Below, in pieces: positions 44,689 to 54,475 of a DNA stretch of 64,000 nt. Origin of the DNA: an uncultured Actinomycetes bacterium (GTDB lineage: Bacteria; Actinomycetota; UBA4738; HRBIN12). Numbering within the stretch: the first letter of the stretch is position 1; the number at the start of each line of letters is the position of its first letter. The notes beneath the pieces are model-generated. The model did not search any database, was not told the origin of the DNA, and worked only from the letters and a program-made list of their open reading frames with translations. The position numbers and the translations under genes are program-made. The stretch spans positions 8,573 through 72,572 of the forward strand of contig CAVYTE010000011.1 of assembly GCA_963771385.1 (NCBI GenBank). Reading direction: 5' to 3'.

Positions 44689-46407
44689 TCAGGTTCGTGC
44701 CTCACCCGACGGTCCCCATCGCGCGCCCGTTTCGGCCCGGTAGGCGTCGACCGCGGCTCCCACCGTGGGGTAGAAATGTGCGGGATCGATCGTCCGCGTC
44801 AACCCGTATCGCTCGATCTTCTCCCTGACCTGGTTCTTCATCTCCGCGAAGACGAGCGAGATGCCGCGTGCGTTCAGCATCTCGTCGACGTCCTCCAACA
44901 TGTCCGCCGCGGTCGTGTCGACGTCGGTGATCGGTTCGGCGGCGATCAGGATCCAGCGCAGGTCGGGCGTCTCGTCGGCGAAGGCGGTGATCCGCTCGCG
45001 GAACGTCCGCGCGTTCGCGAAGATCAGCGGGGCATCGAACCGGAAGACCACGAGTCCCGGCAAGAGCGCCGCCTCGGGGTTGACGACCGTGTCGTGCAGA
45101 CCCGGCAGACCGTCGACCCGTCCCAGGGTCGCCTGGTAGGGCCACCACGATCTGCGGAACACGTTGTAGATCGACAACACGACCGCGACGGCGATGCCCG
45201 GCAGGACCCCCAGCAAGGCGACGCCAAGGAACGCCGCGATCGCGAGGGCACATTCGGCTCGTCGCTGTCTCCACAGGCGCACGACACCGGGGATGTCGAC
45301 CAGCGACAGCGACGCCGCGATGACCACGGCGGCGAGCGTCGGCTGCGGCAGATCCCGCAGGAGCCCCGGTACCAGCAGGAGGATAAGGGTGATCGCGATC
45401 GCGCCGACGAGGCCGGCCACCTGGGTCTTGGCCCCCGCCTGCTCCGCGACGGCCGTGCGCGAGCCGCTGGTCGAGACGGGGAATCCCTGGAACAGGCCCG
45501 CGGCGACGTTCGCGGATCCGATCCCGATCATCTCATGGTTCCCGCGGATCCGGTCGCCGGCGCGCTCGGCGAAGGCCGACGCGGTCGAGATCGTGTCAAC
45601 CAATGCCACGAGGGCGATGCCGAGCGCGCCCGGTAGAAGCTGCGCGATATCGGTCAGCGACACGTCGGGGATCGTCAGCGCCGGGAACCCCTGAGGCAGC
45701 GAACCGACCACCGCAACACCGTGATCCACCAGATCGAAGGTCTCGACCGCCACGATCGCGAGGACGACGACGATCAGCACGGCTGGCACCTTCGGCATCG
45801 TTCGCTGCAGGACGAGGATCAGGCCCAACGAGGCGAGCCCGATCAGAGCGGCGACGCCCACTACGTCGCCGTCGGCGACCCCCGAAACGAAGCCGGTCGC
45901 CTCGTCGATCAGACCGTCGGCGTCAACGGAAAATCCGAACAGCTTCGGGAGTTGTCCGACCAGGATCGTGAGAGCGAGACCGTTCATGTATCCGATCTGC
46001 GTGGGCTTCGAGAGCAGGTCGGCGACGAACCCGAGATGGAACGCCCCCGCCAGGATCGTGACCGCACCGACGATCAGCGCGAGTGCCGACGCGAGCGCGA
46101 TTGCCCGGTCGGGATCGCCGTCGGCCAGCAGGAGCGGGGCAAGGGTCGCGGCGATCATGGGCCCGAGGGACGAATCGGGACCCAGGACCAGGATGCGGGA
46201 CGGGCCGAACATGGCGTACCCGAGCAGACACAGGATGGACGTGTACAGACCCGTGATCGCGGGCAATCCCGCGAGCTCCGCGTACGCCATGCCCTGCGGC
46301 ACGAGCAGCGCCGTCAGGATCAGGCCTGCGACGAGGTCCTTCGGCAGCCACGAGCGGTGATAGGTGCGGAGCGTCTGGAGGCCTGGAACGACGGACGCGA
46401 CCGTCAC
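44689..46407 (-). CDS. SulP family inorganic anion transporter with C-terminal STAS domain
   Basis: LPKDLVAGLILTALLVPQGMAYAELAGLP..., FQGFPVSTSGSRTAV..., and STAS (LVVFRFDAPLIFANA...DVDTTAADMLEDV). The GTG start at 46407 overlaps the PPK2 stop (GTGA). Confidence 0.9.
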   Translation of the reverse strand: MTVASVVPGLQTLRTYHRSWLPKDLVAGLILTALLVPQGMAYAELAGLPAITGLYTSILCLLGYAMFGPSRILVLGPDSSLGPMIAATLAPLLLADGDPDRAIALASALALIVGAVTILAGAFHLGFVADLLSKPTQIGYMNGLALTILVGQLPKLFGFSVDADGLIDEATGFVSGVADGDVVGVAALIGLASLGLILVLQRTMPKVPAVLIVVVLAIVAVETFDLVDHGVAVVGSLPQGFPALTIPDVSLTDIAQLLPGALGIALVALVDTISTASAFAERAGDRIRGNHEMIGIGSANVAAGLFQGFPVSTSGSRTAVAEQAGAKTQVAGLVGAIAITLILLLVPGLLRDLPQPTLAAVVIAASLSLVDIPGVVRLWRQRRAECALAIAAFLGVALLGVLPGIAVAVVLSIYNVFRRSWWPYQATLGRVDGLPGLHDTVVNPEAALLPGLVVFRFDAPLIFANARTFRERITAFADETPDLRWILIAAEPITDVDTTAADMLEDVDEMLNARGISLVFAEMKNQVREKIERYGLTRTIDPAHFYPTVGAAVDAYRAETGARWGPSGEART

Positions 46408-47384
46408 TCCTCTTCGGCCTCGAGACGCTTGCGGGCTTCGGCGTTCGCCGCCCGATCCTTGTCCGAGACCTGTGGCCAGGACAGACCGAGGCCCTGGATC
46501 GTCTCGACGAGGACGCGCGCGACGATCGCCTGCATCACGGGCTTGTGATCCGCGGGGATGACGTACCAGGGCGCCCACGCGGTCGAGGTCGCCGTAATCG
46601 CATCCTCGAACGCCTGCATGTACTCGTCCCAGTGGGCCCGCTCGGCGACGTCCGAGGCCTTGAACTTCCACTCCTTGCCGAGTGTGTCTAGGCGGGCGAT
46701 GAACCGCCGTTTCTGCTCCTCCTTCGACACGTGGAGGAAGAACTTCACGATCTTGGTTCCGCTCCTTTCCAGGTGGCGCTCGAACGCGTTGATGTCGTCG
46801 TAGCGCCCCTTCCAGAACTGTTTGCCGCGCTTCCCCGGCGGGAGCTGCTGACCCTCGAGCCATTCGGGATGCACCTTCAGCGCGACGACCTCCTCGTAGT
46901 GCGAGCGGTTGAAGATGCCGATCCGCCCGCGCTCGGGCAGGGCCTTGCTGATTCGCCACAGGAAGTCGTGGTCGAGCTCCTCGCTGGAGGGTTGCCGGAA
47001 GGAGACGACGTGGACCCCCTGCGGGTTCACGCCCGACATCACGTGCTCGATCGTCGAGTCCTTCCCCGCCGCGTCGAGCGCCTGGAACACCACGAGGAGG
47101 GCAAAGGTGTCGCTCGCCCACAGGAGCTCCTGAGCGTCCGAGAGGTCATCGACCCCTGTCTGGAGGATCTCGCGGGCGGTGCTCTTGAGCTTCCTTTCCG
47201 AGAGCTGACCGAACTCGTCGCCCCCCTTCCAGGCGGGGTCACGCTTCGCCAGGGCGGCCGGCGTGCCGGGTTCGACTAACAGCATCTTACGGATACGCTC
47301 ACGTCTGTTCACCGATGCTCCTTTGCCGTCGCTCATCCTTCTGGGATCTTCATCGTGTCGTGTCATAGACGGGGCTGGTTCCAC
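46404..47384 (-). CDS. polyphosphate kinase 2 (PPK2) family protein
   Basis: LLVVFQALDAAGKDSTIEHVMSGVNPQG (Walker-A-like), IGIFNRSHYEEV, WAPWYVIPADHK. The start is uncertain (GTG 47384, ATG 47366 or ATG 47336). Confidence 0.9.
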   Translation of the reverse strand: MEPAPSMTRHDEDPRRMSDGKGASVNRRERIRKMLLVEPGTPAALAKRDPAWKGGDEFGQLSERKLKSTAREILQTGVDDLSDAQELLWASDTFALLVVFQALDAAGKDSTIEHVMSGVNPQGVHVVSFRQPSSEELDHDFLWRISKALPERGRIGIFNRSHYEEVVALKVHPEWLEGQQLPPGKRGKQFWKGRYDDINAFERHLERSGTKIVKFFLHVSKEEQKRRFIARLDTLGKEWKFKASDVAERAHWDEYMQAFEDAITATSTAWAPWYVIPADHKPVMQAIVARVLVETIQGLGLSWPQVSDKDRAANAEARKRLEAEEE

Positions 47385-47391
47385 ACCTCGG

Positions 47392-50160
47392 TCAAGACGC
47401 GCCGATCGCGCTCGGGGCCACGAGAACCGTGACTCGAGTGCGACGCCGGATGAAGACCTTGATCAATTCCTCGACCACCACCAGGCTGAGCGCGATGCCG
47501 GTGCAGATCCCCCACTGCGCAAGGGTGAGGTCGACGGTCGAGAAGACGCGCTGCAGGAACCCGATCTCGGTAACCAGGATGATGGCGAGCAGCGCCAGCC
47601 CGTACCGGCGTAGCTGCGTGGGACCGGGGAGGGCGACTCGGCTGAAGATCGTGCGCACCTGGTCGCGGGCCAGAAACCCCGCGGCCAAGTGGAACAGCGA
47701 CAGCGTGGTCAGCAGCATCGTGGACGCGACCGCTGGGTCGTAGGCCGATTCGCCGATCTGATAGGCGACCAGCGTCCCGATGGTCATTACGAAGCCCTGG
47801 ACGCACAAGCGGACCCAGTTCCTCGTCGACAATACGGGGGCACCGACGGGCCGGGGCGATCGAGCCATGAGGCCCGGGGTCGGCTCGTCGAACCCGAGCG
47901 CGATCGCGATAGGGATGTCGACGACCATGTTGATCCACAGGATCTGTAGCGGGTTCAGCGGGATCCCGCTGGCGATGTCGAAGATGCCTGCGCCGATGAA
48001 GATCGCGATGTAGGCGACCAGCGTCGACATCTGGAACCGCAGGTATTTCAGGAGGTTGTCGTACAACCCGCGCCCGTATTCGACCGCGCCGACGATCGTG
48101 GCGAAGTTGTCGTCGGTCAGGATCATCACGGCGGCCTCCTTGGAGACCTCGGTGCCGGTGATGCCCATCGCCACGCCGATGTTGGCCGACTTGAGGGCGG
48201 GGGCGTCGTTCACCCCATCTCCTGTCATCGCCACGATGTTGCCGCTCTGTTGGAGCATCCTGACCAGACGGACCTTGTCTTCCGGGGCGACCCGCGCGAT
48301 CACCCCGATGCCGGGGAGCTGCTCAAGCAGCTCCTCGTCGCTCATGGCCGCGAACTCCACGCCGGTGATGGCGCGGCCTTCGATCCCGAGCTCCTTCCCG
48401 ATCGCACCGGCGGTCGTCGCATGATCGCCGGTGATCATGCGCACGCGGATGCCGGCGCTCTTGCACTCGGCGATGGCGTCCCTGGCCTCCGGTCGTGGTG
48501 GATCGACGATGCCGACCATCGCGAGCAGGGTCAGTTCCTGGATGAGGTCGATCAGGTTGGCGTCCTTGTCGAACGTCGCCGGATCGAACTCGCGCTGGGC
48601 GACCACCATGACGCGCTCGCCGGCCTCGGCGATCCGGTCGTTGGCGTCCAAAGCGAGATGACGATTGTCCTCGGTGACCGGTAGGAGCGTCCCGTCGGGG
48701 TCCCGGTACGAGCCGCCGCGCGAGATCAGCACGTCCGGCGCGCCCTTGACGTAGCAGCGCACGACCGGCCGGCCGTCCGTGCCGGTCATCTCGTGGAAGG
48801 TCGCCATGAACTTGTACTCGGAGTCGAACGGCACCTCTGCGATCCTCGGGTAGGTGCTGCGCGTTTCTTCGATGTCGAGCCCGCCCTTGGCCCCGAGCAC
48901 GATCAGGGCGCCCTCGGTCGGGTCGCCGATCAGGCCCTCGCCCTCGAGCACCGCGTCGGCGCACAGCACCATCGGGAGCAGGTACGGATCGAGGTCGAAA
49001 TACGATCCGCCGACGTGCTTGATCTCACCTTGGGTGCCGTAGCCTTCGCCCGAAACCGTGAACCGGTTCTGCCCCGGGATCATCAGTTCACGCGCGGTCA
49101 TCTTGTTGAGCGTCAGCGTCCCCGTCTTGTCCGAGCAGATCGCCGACGTCGAGCCCAGGGTCTCGACCGCCGGCAGCCGCTTCACGATGGCATTGCGCCG
49201 GGCGATCTCCCTCGTGCCGATCGACAGGAGTGCCGTAACCACCGCGGGCAGACCCGTCGGGATCGCGGCCACCGCGAGCGTCACGCCGGTGACGAACAGC
49301 GTGTCGAACGAGTCCCCGTTGATCAGCCCGAGGACGACGACCAGCACCAGCGCGACCCCAGCGATCGATGCGATGATCTTCGAGAGGCCGTCGAGCTGCT
49401 TCTGCAGCGGCGTCTTCTCGCTCTCGGTGTTGGCCAGCATGTTGGCGATGTGGCCGATCTCCGTACCCATGCCGGTCTCGGTCACGATGAACTCGCCGCG
49501 CCCACGCGTGACCGACGTGTTCATGTAGGCCATGCAGATCCGATCGCCGAGCGGGACGCCCTCGCCCGCAACGGGCTCGGTCTGCTTGCCGACCGGCAGG
49601 CTCTCGCCCGTGAGGGCCGCCTCCTCGATCTCGAGGGTGGCGGCCACGAAGATCCGGCCGTCCGCGGGGATCCGGTTACCCGCCTCCACCAGGACGACGT
49701 CACCCGGCACCAGGTCCTCGGCATCGATCTCGACGGCCTGACCGTCCCGATGGACCCGAGCCACCGTCTTCATCATCTGGGCGAGCGCTGCGACGCTCTC
49801 CTCCGCCTTGGACTCCTGTCGCAACCCGATCACCGCGTTGAACACGGTGAGCCCCGCGAGCAGCACCGTGGTGCCCGTATCGTCCGTGACCAGGGCATTC
49901 ACGATCGCGGCGCCCAGCAGGATGAGCTGCATGAAGTCCTGGTACTGGCGGAGGAACGCTCGGAACCCCGACTCCTTCTTGGCTCCGGCAAGCTTGTTGG
50001 GGCCCTGCGTGCGCAGCCGTTCCGCGGCCTCACTCGCGGTCAGTCCGCGATCGGGGTCGACGTGGAGATCCTTCGTGACGGCACGGACATCCATCCCGTG
50101 CCAGGGAGGATGCTCCGGACGGGTCGTCGGCGGGCGCTCAGCCGCCACCGAGCTACTCAA
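47392..50160 (-). CDS. cation-transporting P-type ATPase (type II, Ca2+/Mg2+-like)
   Basis: 922 aa. LTGESLPV, ICSDKTGTLTLN, MITGDH, TGDGVNDAPALK, and ten predicted helices. Confidence 0.95.
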   Translation of the reverse strand: MSSSVAAERPPTTRPEHPPWHGMDVRAVTKDLHVDPDRGLTASEAAERLRTQGPNKLAGAKKESGFRAFLRQYQDFMQLILLGAAIVNALVTDDTGTTVLLAGLTVFNAVIGLRQESKAEESVAALAQMMKTVARVHRDGQAVEIDAEDLVPGDVVLVEAGNRIPADGRIFVAATLEIEEAALTGESLPVGKQTEPVAGEGVPLGDRICMAYMNTSVTRGRGEFIVTETGMGTEIGHIANMLANTESEKTPLQKQLDGLSKIIASIAGVALVLVVVLGLINGDSFDTLFVTGVTLAVAAIPTGLPAVVTALLSIGTREIARRNAIVKRLPAVETLGSTSAICSDKTGTLTLNKMTARELMIPGQNRFTVSGEGYGTQGEIKHVGGSYFDLDPYLLPMVLCADAVLEGEGLIGDPTEGALIVLGAKGGLDIEETRSTYPRIAEVPFDSEYKFMATFHEMTGTDGRPVVRCYVKGAPDVLISRGGSYRDPDGTLLPVTEDNRHLALDANDRIAEAGERVMVVAQREFDPATFDKDANLIDLIQELTLLAMVGIVDPPRPEARDAIAECKSAGIRVRMITGDHATTAGAIGKELGIEGRAITGVEFAAMSDEELLEQLPGIGVIARVAPEDKVRLVRMLQQSGNIVAMTGDGVNDAPALKSANIGVAMGITGTEVSKEAAVMILTDDNFATIVGAVEYGRGLYDNLLKYLRFQMSTLVAYIAIFIGAGIFDIASGIPLNPLQILWINMVVDIPIAIALGFDEPTPGLMARSPRPVGAPVLSTRNWVRLCVQGFVMTIGTLVAYQIGESAYDPAVASTMLLTTLSLFHLAAGFLARDQVRTIFSRVALPGPTQLRRYGLALLAIILVTEIGFLQRVFSTVDLTLAQWGICTGIALSLVVVEELIKVFIRRRTRVTVLVAPSAIGAS

Positions 50161-50430
50161 CTGAGGTCCCCTTCGTCAGTTCCGACCCCGCCTCTCGCTC
50201 GGCGGGGATCATAGCGCGATCACTGCGAGCGAGCGTCCTCGGGCCGGGAACGTGAACGGTCACTGCCCCGTGAGCCCCACCTTCACCGACACGATGGCCG
50301 TCGCGACCGCGAGCGCGATCATCCGTCGACCAGCGACCGGAGCCGACCGGCGCCCTCCTCGCCCGAGGCCACGTACGGCGTGACCCCGATCAGCGCGGCG
50401 GGCAGGAACCCGGACACCTCCAGCGCCGGG

Positions 50431-50982
50431 TCAAGAGCCAGGAAGAAGAACGGGACGGTGACGACGAAGGCGACCACCGCGGCCGACGCGAGCTGCGCCT
50501 AGACCGCCCGCCGAATCCCGCGATCCAGTCGCCCAACCGCGAATGACCGCAGGCTCCCCGTGCGGTGCGGTCTCGTTAACGACGAAGGCGTCCGCGGTTG
50601 GCCTGATCGCTTCGGGGGGGTCCGAGGGCTGCGCTCGCCCGGTAGGGGCATCACCGGTTCGTCGGGGCGTTCCGGTCGGTGGGGACGGGTTCCTTCCCAT
50701 GCCCGCCGAGACCGTGTCCCGCTGTTCGTAGGTATTGGCGTAATGGCTGAGATCGAGGAAGACGGCGAGCACGACCCAGAGCCAGTCCAACCCGTCGACC
50801 CCTTGAGGCGGCGCGCCAACAAGCAACCAGATCAGGGTCGTGAACGGCAGGAAGATCAACCCGAGCAGAGGGAAGATCCACGTATCGAACACGGCGTCGA
50901 AGTACACGGGCCGCGCGATCCAGGCGAACACCACGATGAGACGCGGCGCGAATGCCGCCAGCAACACCAGCAGACAGCCCAT
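50431..50982 (-). CDS. hypothetical membrane protein
   Basis: The first ~95 aa form three helices (MGCLLVLLAAFAPRLIVVFAWIARPVYFDAVFDTWIFPLLGLIFLPFTTLIWLL...). The C-terminal half is low-complexity and may not be real. Confidence 0.45.
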   Translation of the reverse strand: MGCLLVLLAAFAPRLIVVFAWIARPVYFDAVFDTWIFPLLGLIFLPFTTLIWLLVGAPPQGVDGLDWLWVVLAVFLDLSHYANTYEQRDTVSAGMGRNPSPPTGTPRRTGDAPTGRAQPSDPPEAIRPTADAFVVNETAPHGEPAVIRGWATGSRDSAGGLGAARVGRGGRLRRHRPVLLPGS

Positions 50983-51161
50983 GGGTCCTCCCCCTCAGGT
51001 ACCTTCGGTCGGCTCCGGCGCCATCGTAGTCCAGCGAGGGGGCTTCGGGCGATTCAGTCCCGACGGCTACGGAAATCGCTTCCGTCACGAACCAACATCG
51101 TCAACGAATACCGAACAGCTGAAACAGAAGAGACCCATTGCACACTGACTAACGTCAGCGG

Positions 51162-51665
51162 TCAGTCGCCGTTCCCGACGCGACGCAGCATCGAACGAAG
51201 CAGGGTAGCCAACTGCTCTTGCTGTTCGGGCTGCAGGTGGGTCGTGAGCGCGACCTCCTCCGCGTTGAACCGAGGGAACAGCTTCTCGATCTTCCGCCTC
51301 CCCGTCGTGGTGAGCGAGACGCGCACGAGCCGGCCGTCTTCGGCTGTCTTCGAACGCCGAACGAAGCCGCGGCCCTCCAGCGTCGTGACGATCCCCGTCG
51401 ACGTCGGGCGGCTGATCCCGACCGCGGCCGCGAGGTCGCGCGATTCCATCTCGCCCCAGACCCACAAGACCCACATCGCGACGAACGAGGTCCACGAGAG
51501 GCGGTCGTCCGCCAGGATCTTGGCTTCCATGTGACGACGGATCGCGGCGGAGGCGCGGAACAGGTTCGACACCGCCGCCATCGCGCGGAAGTCGAGCGGC
51601 AGGTGGCCGAGCTCCTCGGCGACCTTGCGCTCGGCGGGCAGCAGGTCGTCGGTGTCTGCAGGCAT
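51162..51665 (-). CDS. MarR family transcriptional regulator
   Basis: LSWTSFVAMWVLWVWGEMESRDLAAAVGISRPTSTGIVTTLEGRGFVRRSKTAEDGRLVRVSLTTTG is a winged-helix pattern. Confidence 0.9.
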   Translation of the reverse strand: MPADTDDLLPAERKVAEELGHLPLDFRAMAAVSNLFRASAAIRRHMEAKILADDRLSWTSFVAMWVLWVWGEMESRDLAAAVGISRPTSTGIVTTLEGRGFVRRSKTAEDGRLVRVSLTTTGRRKIEKLFPRFNAEEVALTTHLQPEQQEQLATLLRSMLRRVGNGD

Positions 51666-51691
51666 CTCGGCGAATCGTAGCCCCGACCGGG

Positions 51692-52582
51692 CTAGCAGGA
51701 GACGACGGAATCGGCTCCCGGCCCACCCCGGCAGGTGTCGTCGCCCGCGCCGCCGCGGAGCTCGTCGTTGCCCGATTCGCCGCGCAGCACGTCGTCGCCG
51801 GGCCCACCCTCGAGCTCGTCGTCGCCCGAACCGGCCTGCACGAAGTCGTTCCCGTCGCCACCGACGAGTCGGTCGTTGCCGGTCCCCGACTGGAGGAGGT
51901 CGCCCCCGCCGCGTCCGTCCAGCCTCAGGTTCCCGGTGAACGCGCCGGCGGTGATCACGTTCGCCGAGGCTCCCCCCTTGACGACGGCCACCTCGATCGA
52001 GCCGAGCGTCGTGACGTCATCCGCCTGCACCAGGCGCAGGCGGGCGTCGTTCACCTGCCAATCGCCGTCGCCTGCGGCCGAGACGGTGTCGCGTCCCTTC
52101 CCGCCCATCACCTCTCCCCCACCCGGTCCGGGGACCAGGTGATCCCGCCCCTTCCCACCCAGGAGCGAGTCGACGCCGCCGCCGCCGAGCAGGTCGTCCC
52201 CGATCTCGGAGCCGATCAGCCGGTCTTCCCCCTCCTGCCCCGAGACGGACGTCGCAGCCAGGCTGTCGAAGGCCGAACCCGTGACGTCAGCGAGGCTCAC
52301 CCGATCGAACCCCGCGCCGGCGAACACGAGGATGCGCCGCAGGTCGGCGCACGGGGTGGGTCCGCCCGACGGCTGGGTCTGGTTCACGGTGAGGTCGCCA
52401 CCCTCGCACCGAACGGTGACGTCGTCGGCGTCGGCGGTCCCTGTCACCGTGAGGATGCCGTCGGCGACGTTCGCGACGATCGTCCCCGCCCACGACGGCG
52501 GGATCAGTACCGCCGACGCCACGACGAAGGCGACGAGGACGAGCGCGCGTCGAGTGATGGTGACGCTCCGCCCGATCGGCAC
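51692..52582 (-). CDS. secreted calcium-binding protein with RTX-type GGxGxD repeats
   Basis: Signal-anchor RRALVLVAFVVASAVLIPPSWA. C-terminal repeats GGDGNDFVQAGSGDDELEGGPGDDVLRGESGNDELRGGAGDD. Confidence 0.8.
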   Translation of the reverse strand: MPIGRSVTITRRALVLVAFVVASAVLIPPSWAGTIVANVADGILTVTGTADADDVTVRCEGGDLTVNQTQPSGGPTPCADLRRILVFAGAGFDRVSLADVTGSAFDSLAATSVSGQEGEDRLIGSEIGDDLLGGGGVDSLLGGKGRDHLVPGPGGGEVMGGKGRDTVSAAGDGDWQVNDARLRLVQADDVTTLGSIEVAVVKGGASANVITAGAFTGNLRLDGRGGGDLLQSGTGNDRLVGGDGNDFVQAGSGDDELEGGPGDDVLRGESGNDELRGGAGDDTCRGGPGADSVVSC

Positions 52583-52586
52583 GAGA

Positions 52587-53582
52587 TCACACCTCGGTCT
52601 CGGTGTGCTCGTGGTACTCGTACGCGCTCATCGCGCGGCCGGCGGTGCTCCGCCACTCGCGCTCGGCCACCGGGGCCTTCCCGATCGCCTTGCCCATCGC
52701 TCGAACGTGCGCCTGGACGCTGCCACAGCACGAGCCGATGTAGTCGATGCCACCCTCCTGTGCTTCTCGCGCGAAGTTCGCCATCTCCTGCCTCGACAGC
52801 TGCAACGGGTCGAGCGCGTACGGGAAGCTCGGCGCGGACGTGAAGTCCGGCTGCTCCGAGCTGGTGTGATAGGCGACCGGTTGGGCTGCGACGAACCCCT
52901 CGACCGCCGAACGCATCTCGAGCGCGATGGGCAGCTGTTGCTCGGGGCCGTTCAGGCAGTTCACGCCGACGATGTCCGCGCCGGCGTCGCGGAGCCTGCG
53001 GGCACACTCGCCGGGCGTGTCGCCCTCGTAGGAGCGCGGGACCGGCTGCTCGAACGACATCGTCACCATGACCGGGAGCCCGGTCGCCTTGGCGCGCTCG
53101 ACGAACAGGAGCGCCTCGCCGAGGTAGGAGAACGTCTCGCCGATCCAGAAGTCGGGCGGCCCGGCGTCGAGCTGATCCTGGAGCTGACGATCGACGAGCT
53201 CGCGGACGTGGTCCGGGCTCGACGGGTCCTCGGGCAGATACGCCCAGGTGAGGGAGAGGTTGCCGGCGACCAGCGCGTCTGCCTCCGAGGCGACCTCCCG
53301 AGCGACACGGACGGCTGTGCGGTTGATCTCGTCCACTTTGCCGGCCAGACCTACCGTCGCGAGCTTGTCGTCGCTCGCGTAGAAGGTCATCGTCTGCAGC
53401 ACCTCGGCACCCGCGCGCAGGAACTCCCGGTGGAGCTGCGCGAGGGCGTCCGGATGTTCGATCACCACCTCGGGCGTGAACGGGCCTGCCTGGACGTAGC
53501 CGCGCTTCTCCAGCTCGAGCAGGTACCCGCCGTCGCCGAGGACCGGGCCATCGGAGAGTCGTTCGAGGATGCCTCGTGGCAT
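52587..53582 (-). CDS. homocysteine S-methyltransferase family protein (BHMT-like)
   Basis: LGDGGYLLELEKRGY, LRAGAEVLQTMTFY, IVGVNCL, IGSCCGS (zinc-ligand Cys pattern). Confidence 0.9.
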   Translation of the reverse strand: MPRGILERLSDGPVLGDGGYLLELEKRGYVQAGPFTPEVVIEHPDALAQLHREFLRAGAEVLQTMTFYASDDKLATVGLAGKVDEINRTAVRVAREVASEADALVAGNLSLTWAYLPEDPSSPDHVRELVDRQLQDQLDAGPPDFWIGETFSYLGEALLFVERAKATGLPVMVTMSFEQPVPRSYEGDTPGECARRLRDAGADIVGVNCLNGPEQQLPIALEMRSAVEGFVAAQPVAYHTSSEQPDFTSAPSFPYALDPLQLSRQEMANFAREAQEGGIDYIGSCCGSVQAHVRAMGKAIGKAPVAEREWRSTAGRAMSAYEYHEHTETEV

Positions 53583-53621
53583 GGGTGGAGCCTCCTTGGT
53601 CGTGTGGTCGGGAGCCTCAGC

Positions 53622-54317
53622 CTAGAGCCTCGGGAGTGTGACCACCCCGATGAGTCCCACGATCATCAGCCCTCCGGCCACGGCGGACGCGGCGATGCGG
53701 ACCCCACGGAACCGGAACCGCTGCGAGACCGCGACCAGGAACAGCACGGTCGCGAACAAGACGGTTTGCCGGACGTACCGATCCGCGGTCTCGCGGGCGG
53801 CGGTGCCGGCCTCGAACGTCTCCTGGGCACGTTCGTTCAGCCCGTCGGCACGCTCGAGCTCGCGGTTGCGGTACTCGGGCATGAAGATCGGTCCGGGCGG
53901 GGCGTCCGGGTTCGCGAACGGACGCGTCGCGAGCCATGCATCGAAGGCGACCCGATACTCCGGGCTGAAGCGATCGACATACAGATCGGCCAACTGATCG
54001 TCGCGGTCCTGGTGAGCCTGGATCCACGTGTTGAACGTCGTGATGTCCTGGAGCTGCTGCTCGGCACCTCGCGTCTCGGCGGCGTCCGCGGCGAAGCGCA
54101 GGGTCGACGACTCCCCGTACAGGAACGCCTGACGGCCGTCCCATCTCGTCGCCTGATATCCGCTCCACGCGGTGGCGACCGCCACGATGGCGAGGATCAC
54201 CACCTCGACGATCTCGATCAACTCCTGCCAGCGGCGCCTCTCGCGAGCTTCCGCCTCCTCGCGCCTGCTCAGCTCGTGGGCGATCTCGAGGTTCACGCCC
54301 TCCGGTAACTCCCTCAC
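53622..54317 (-). CDS. hypothetical membrane-anchored protein
   Basis: 231 aa. One helix after a charged N-terminus (LIEIVEVVILAIVAVATAWSGY) and two C-terminal helices. Confidence 0.6.
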   Translation of the reverse strand: MRELPEGVNLEIAHELSRREEAEARERRRWQELIEIVEVVILAIVAVATAWSGYQATRWDGRQAFLYGESSTLRFAADAAETRGAEQQLQDITTFNTWIQAHQDRDDQLADLYVDRFSPEYRVAFDAWLATRPFANPDAPPGPIFMPEYRNRELERADGLNERAQETFEAGTAARETADRYVRQTVLFATVLFLVAVSQRFRFRGVRIAASAVAGGLMIVGLIGVVTLPRL

Positions 54318-54475
54318 CGACCTCCTCCAGCGGGCGCCCGGTCAGCAGACTCGCTCAGCATGATCACGCGATCCGCCAGCTCGAGCGCCTCGGGGCGATG
54401 CGAGATCACGAGCACGGACCTGCCACGGGCGAAGTCTGCCACGTTGGCGAGCACCTCGGCCTCCATCGACCGCGC
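54314..54475 (-). pseudogene. 3' remnant of an ABC transporter ATP-binding/permease-fusion gene
   Basis: ARSMEAEVLANVADFARGRSVLVISHRPEALELADRVIMLSES matches the segment after the ABC D-loop/H-loop (..GRTvlvIaHRl..l..aDrI.vL). It begins exactly at the ndh stop codon. Confidence 0.5.

Noticed and set aside
50319-50507. A ~55-codon minus-strand ORF (VVAFVVTVPFFFLALDPALEVSGFLPAALIGVTPYVASGEEGAGRLRSLVDG), either as a small membrane protein or as the frameshifted end of the 50431..50982 gene.
   Set aside because: It looks hydrophobic and coding-like, but it has no RBS and no recognisable family. Its relationship to the upstream ORF cannot be settled without homologs.
52281-54308. A 675-aa plus-strand ORF. 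Similar long ORFs lie at 19140..20792(+), 44380..45636(+), 48793..50214(+), 13763..14881(-) and 4105..5124(-).
   Set aside because: All lie antisense to genes with strong family motifs on the other strand. All show shadow-frame composition and lack RBS-supported starts.
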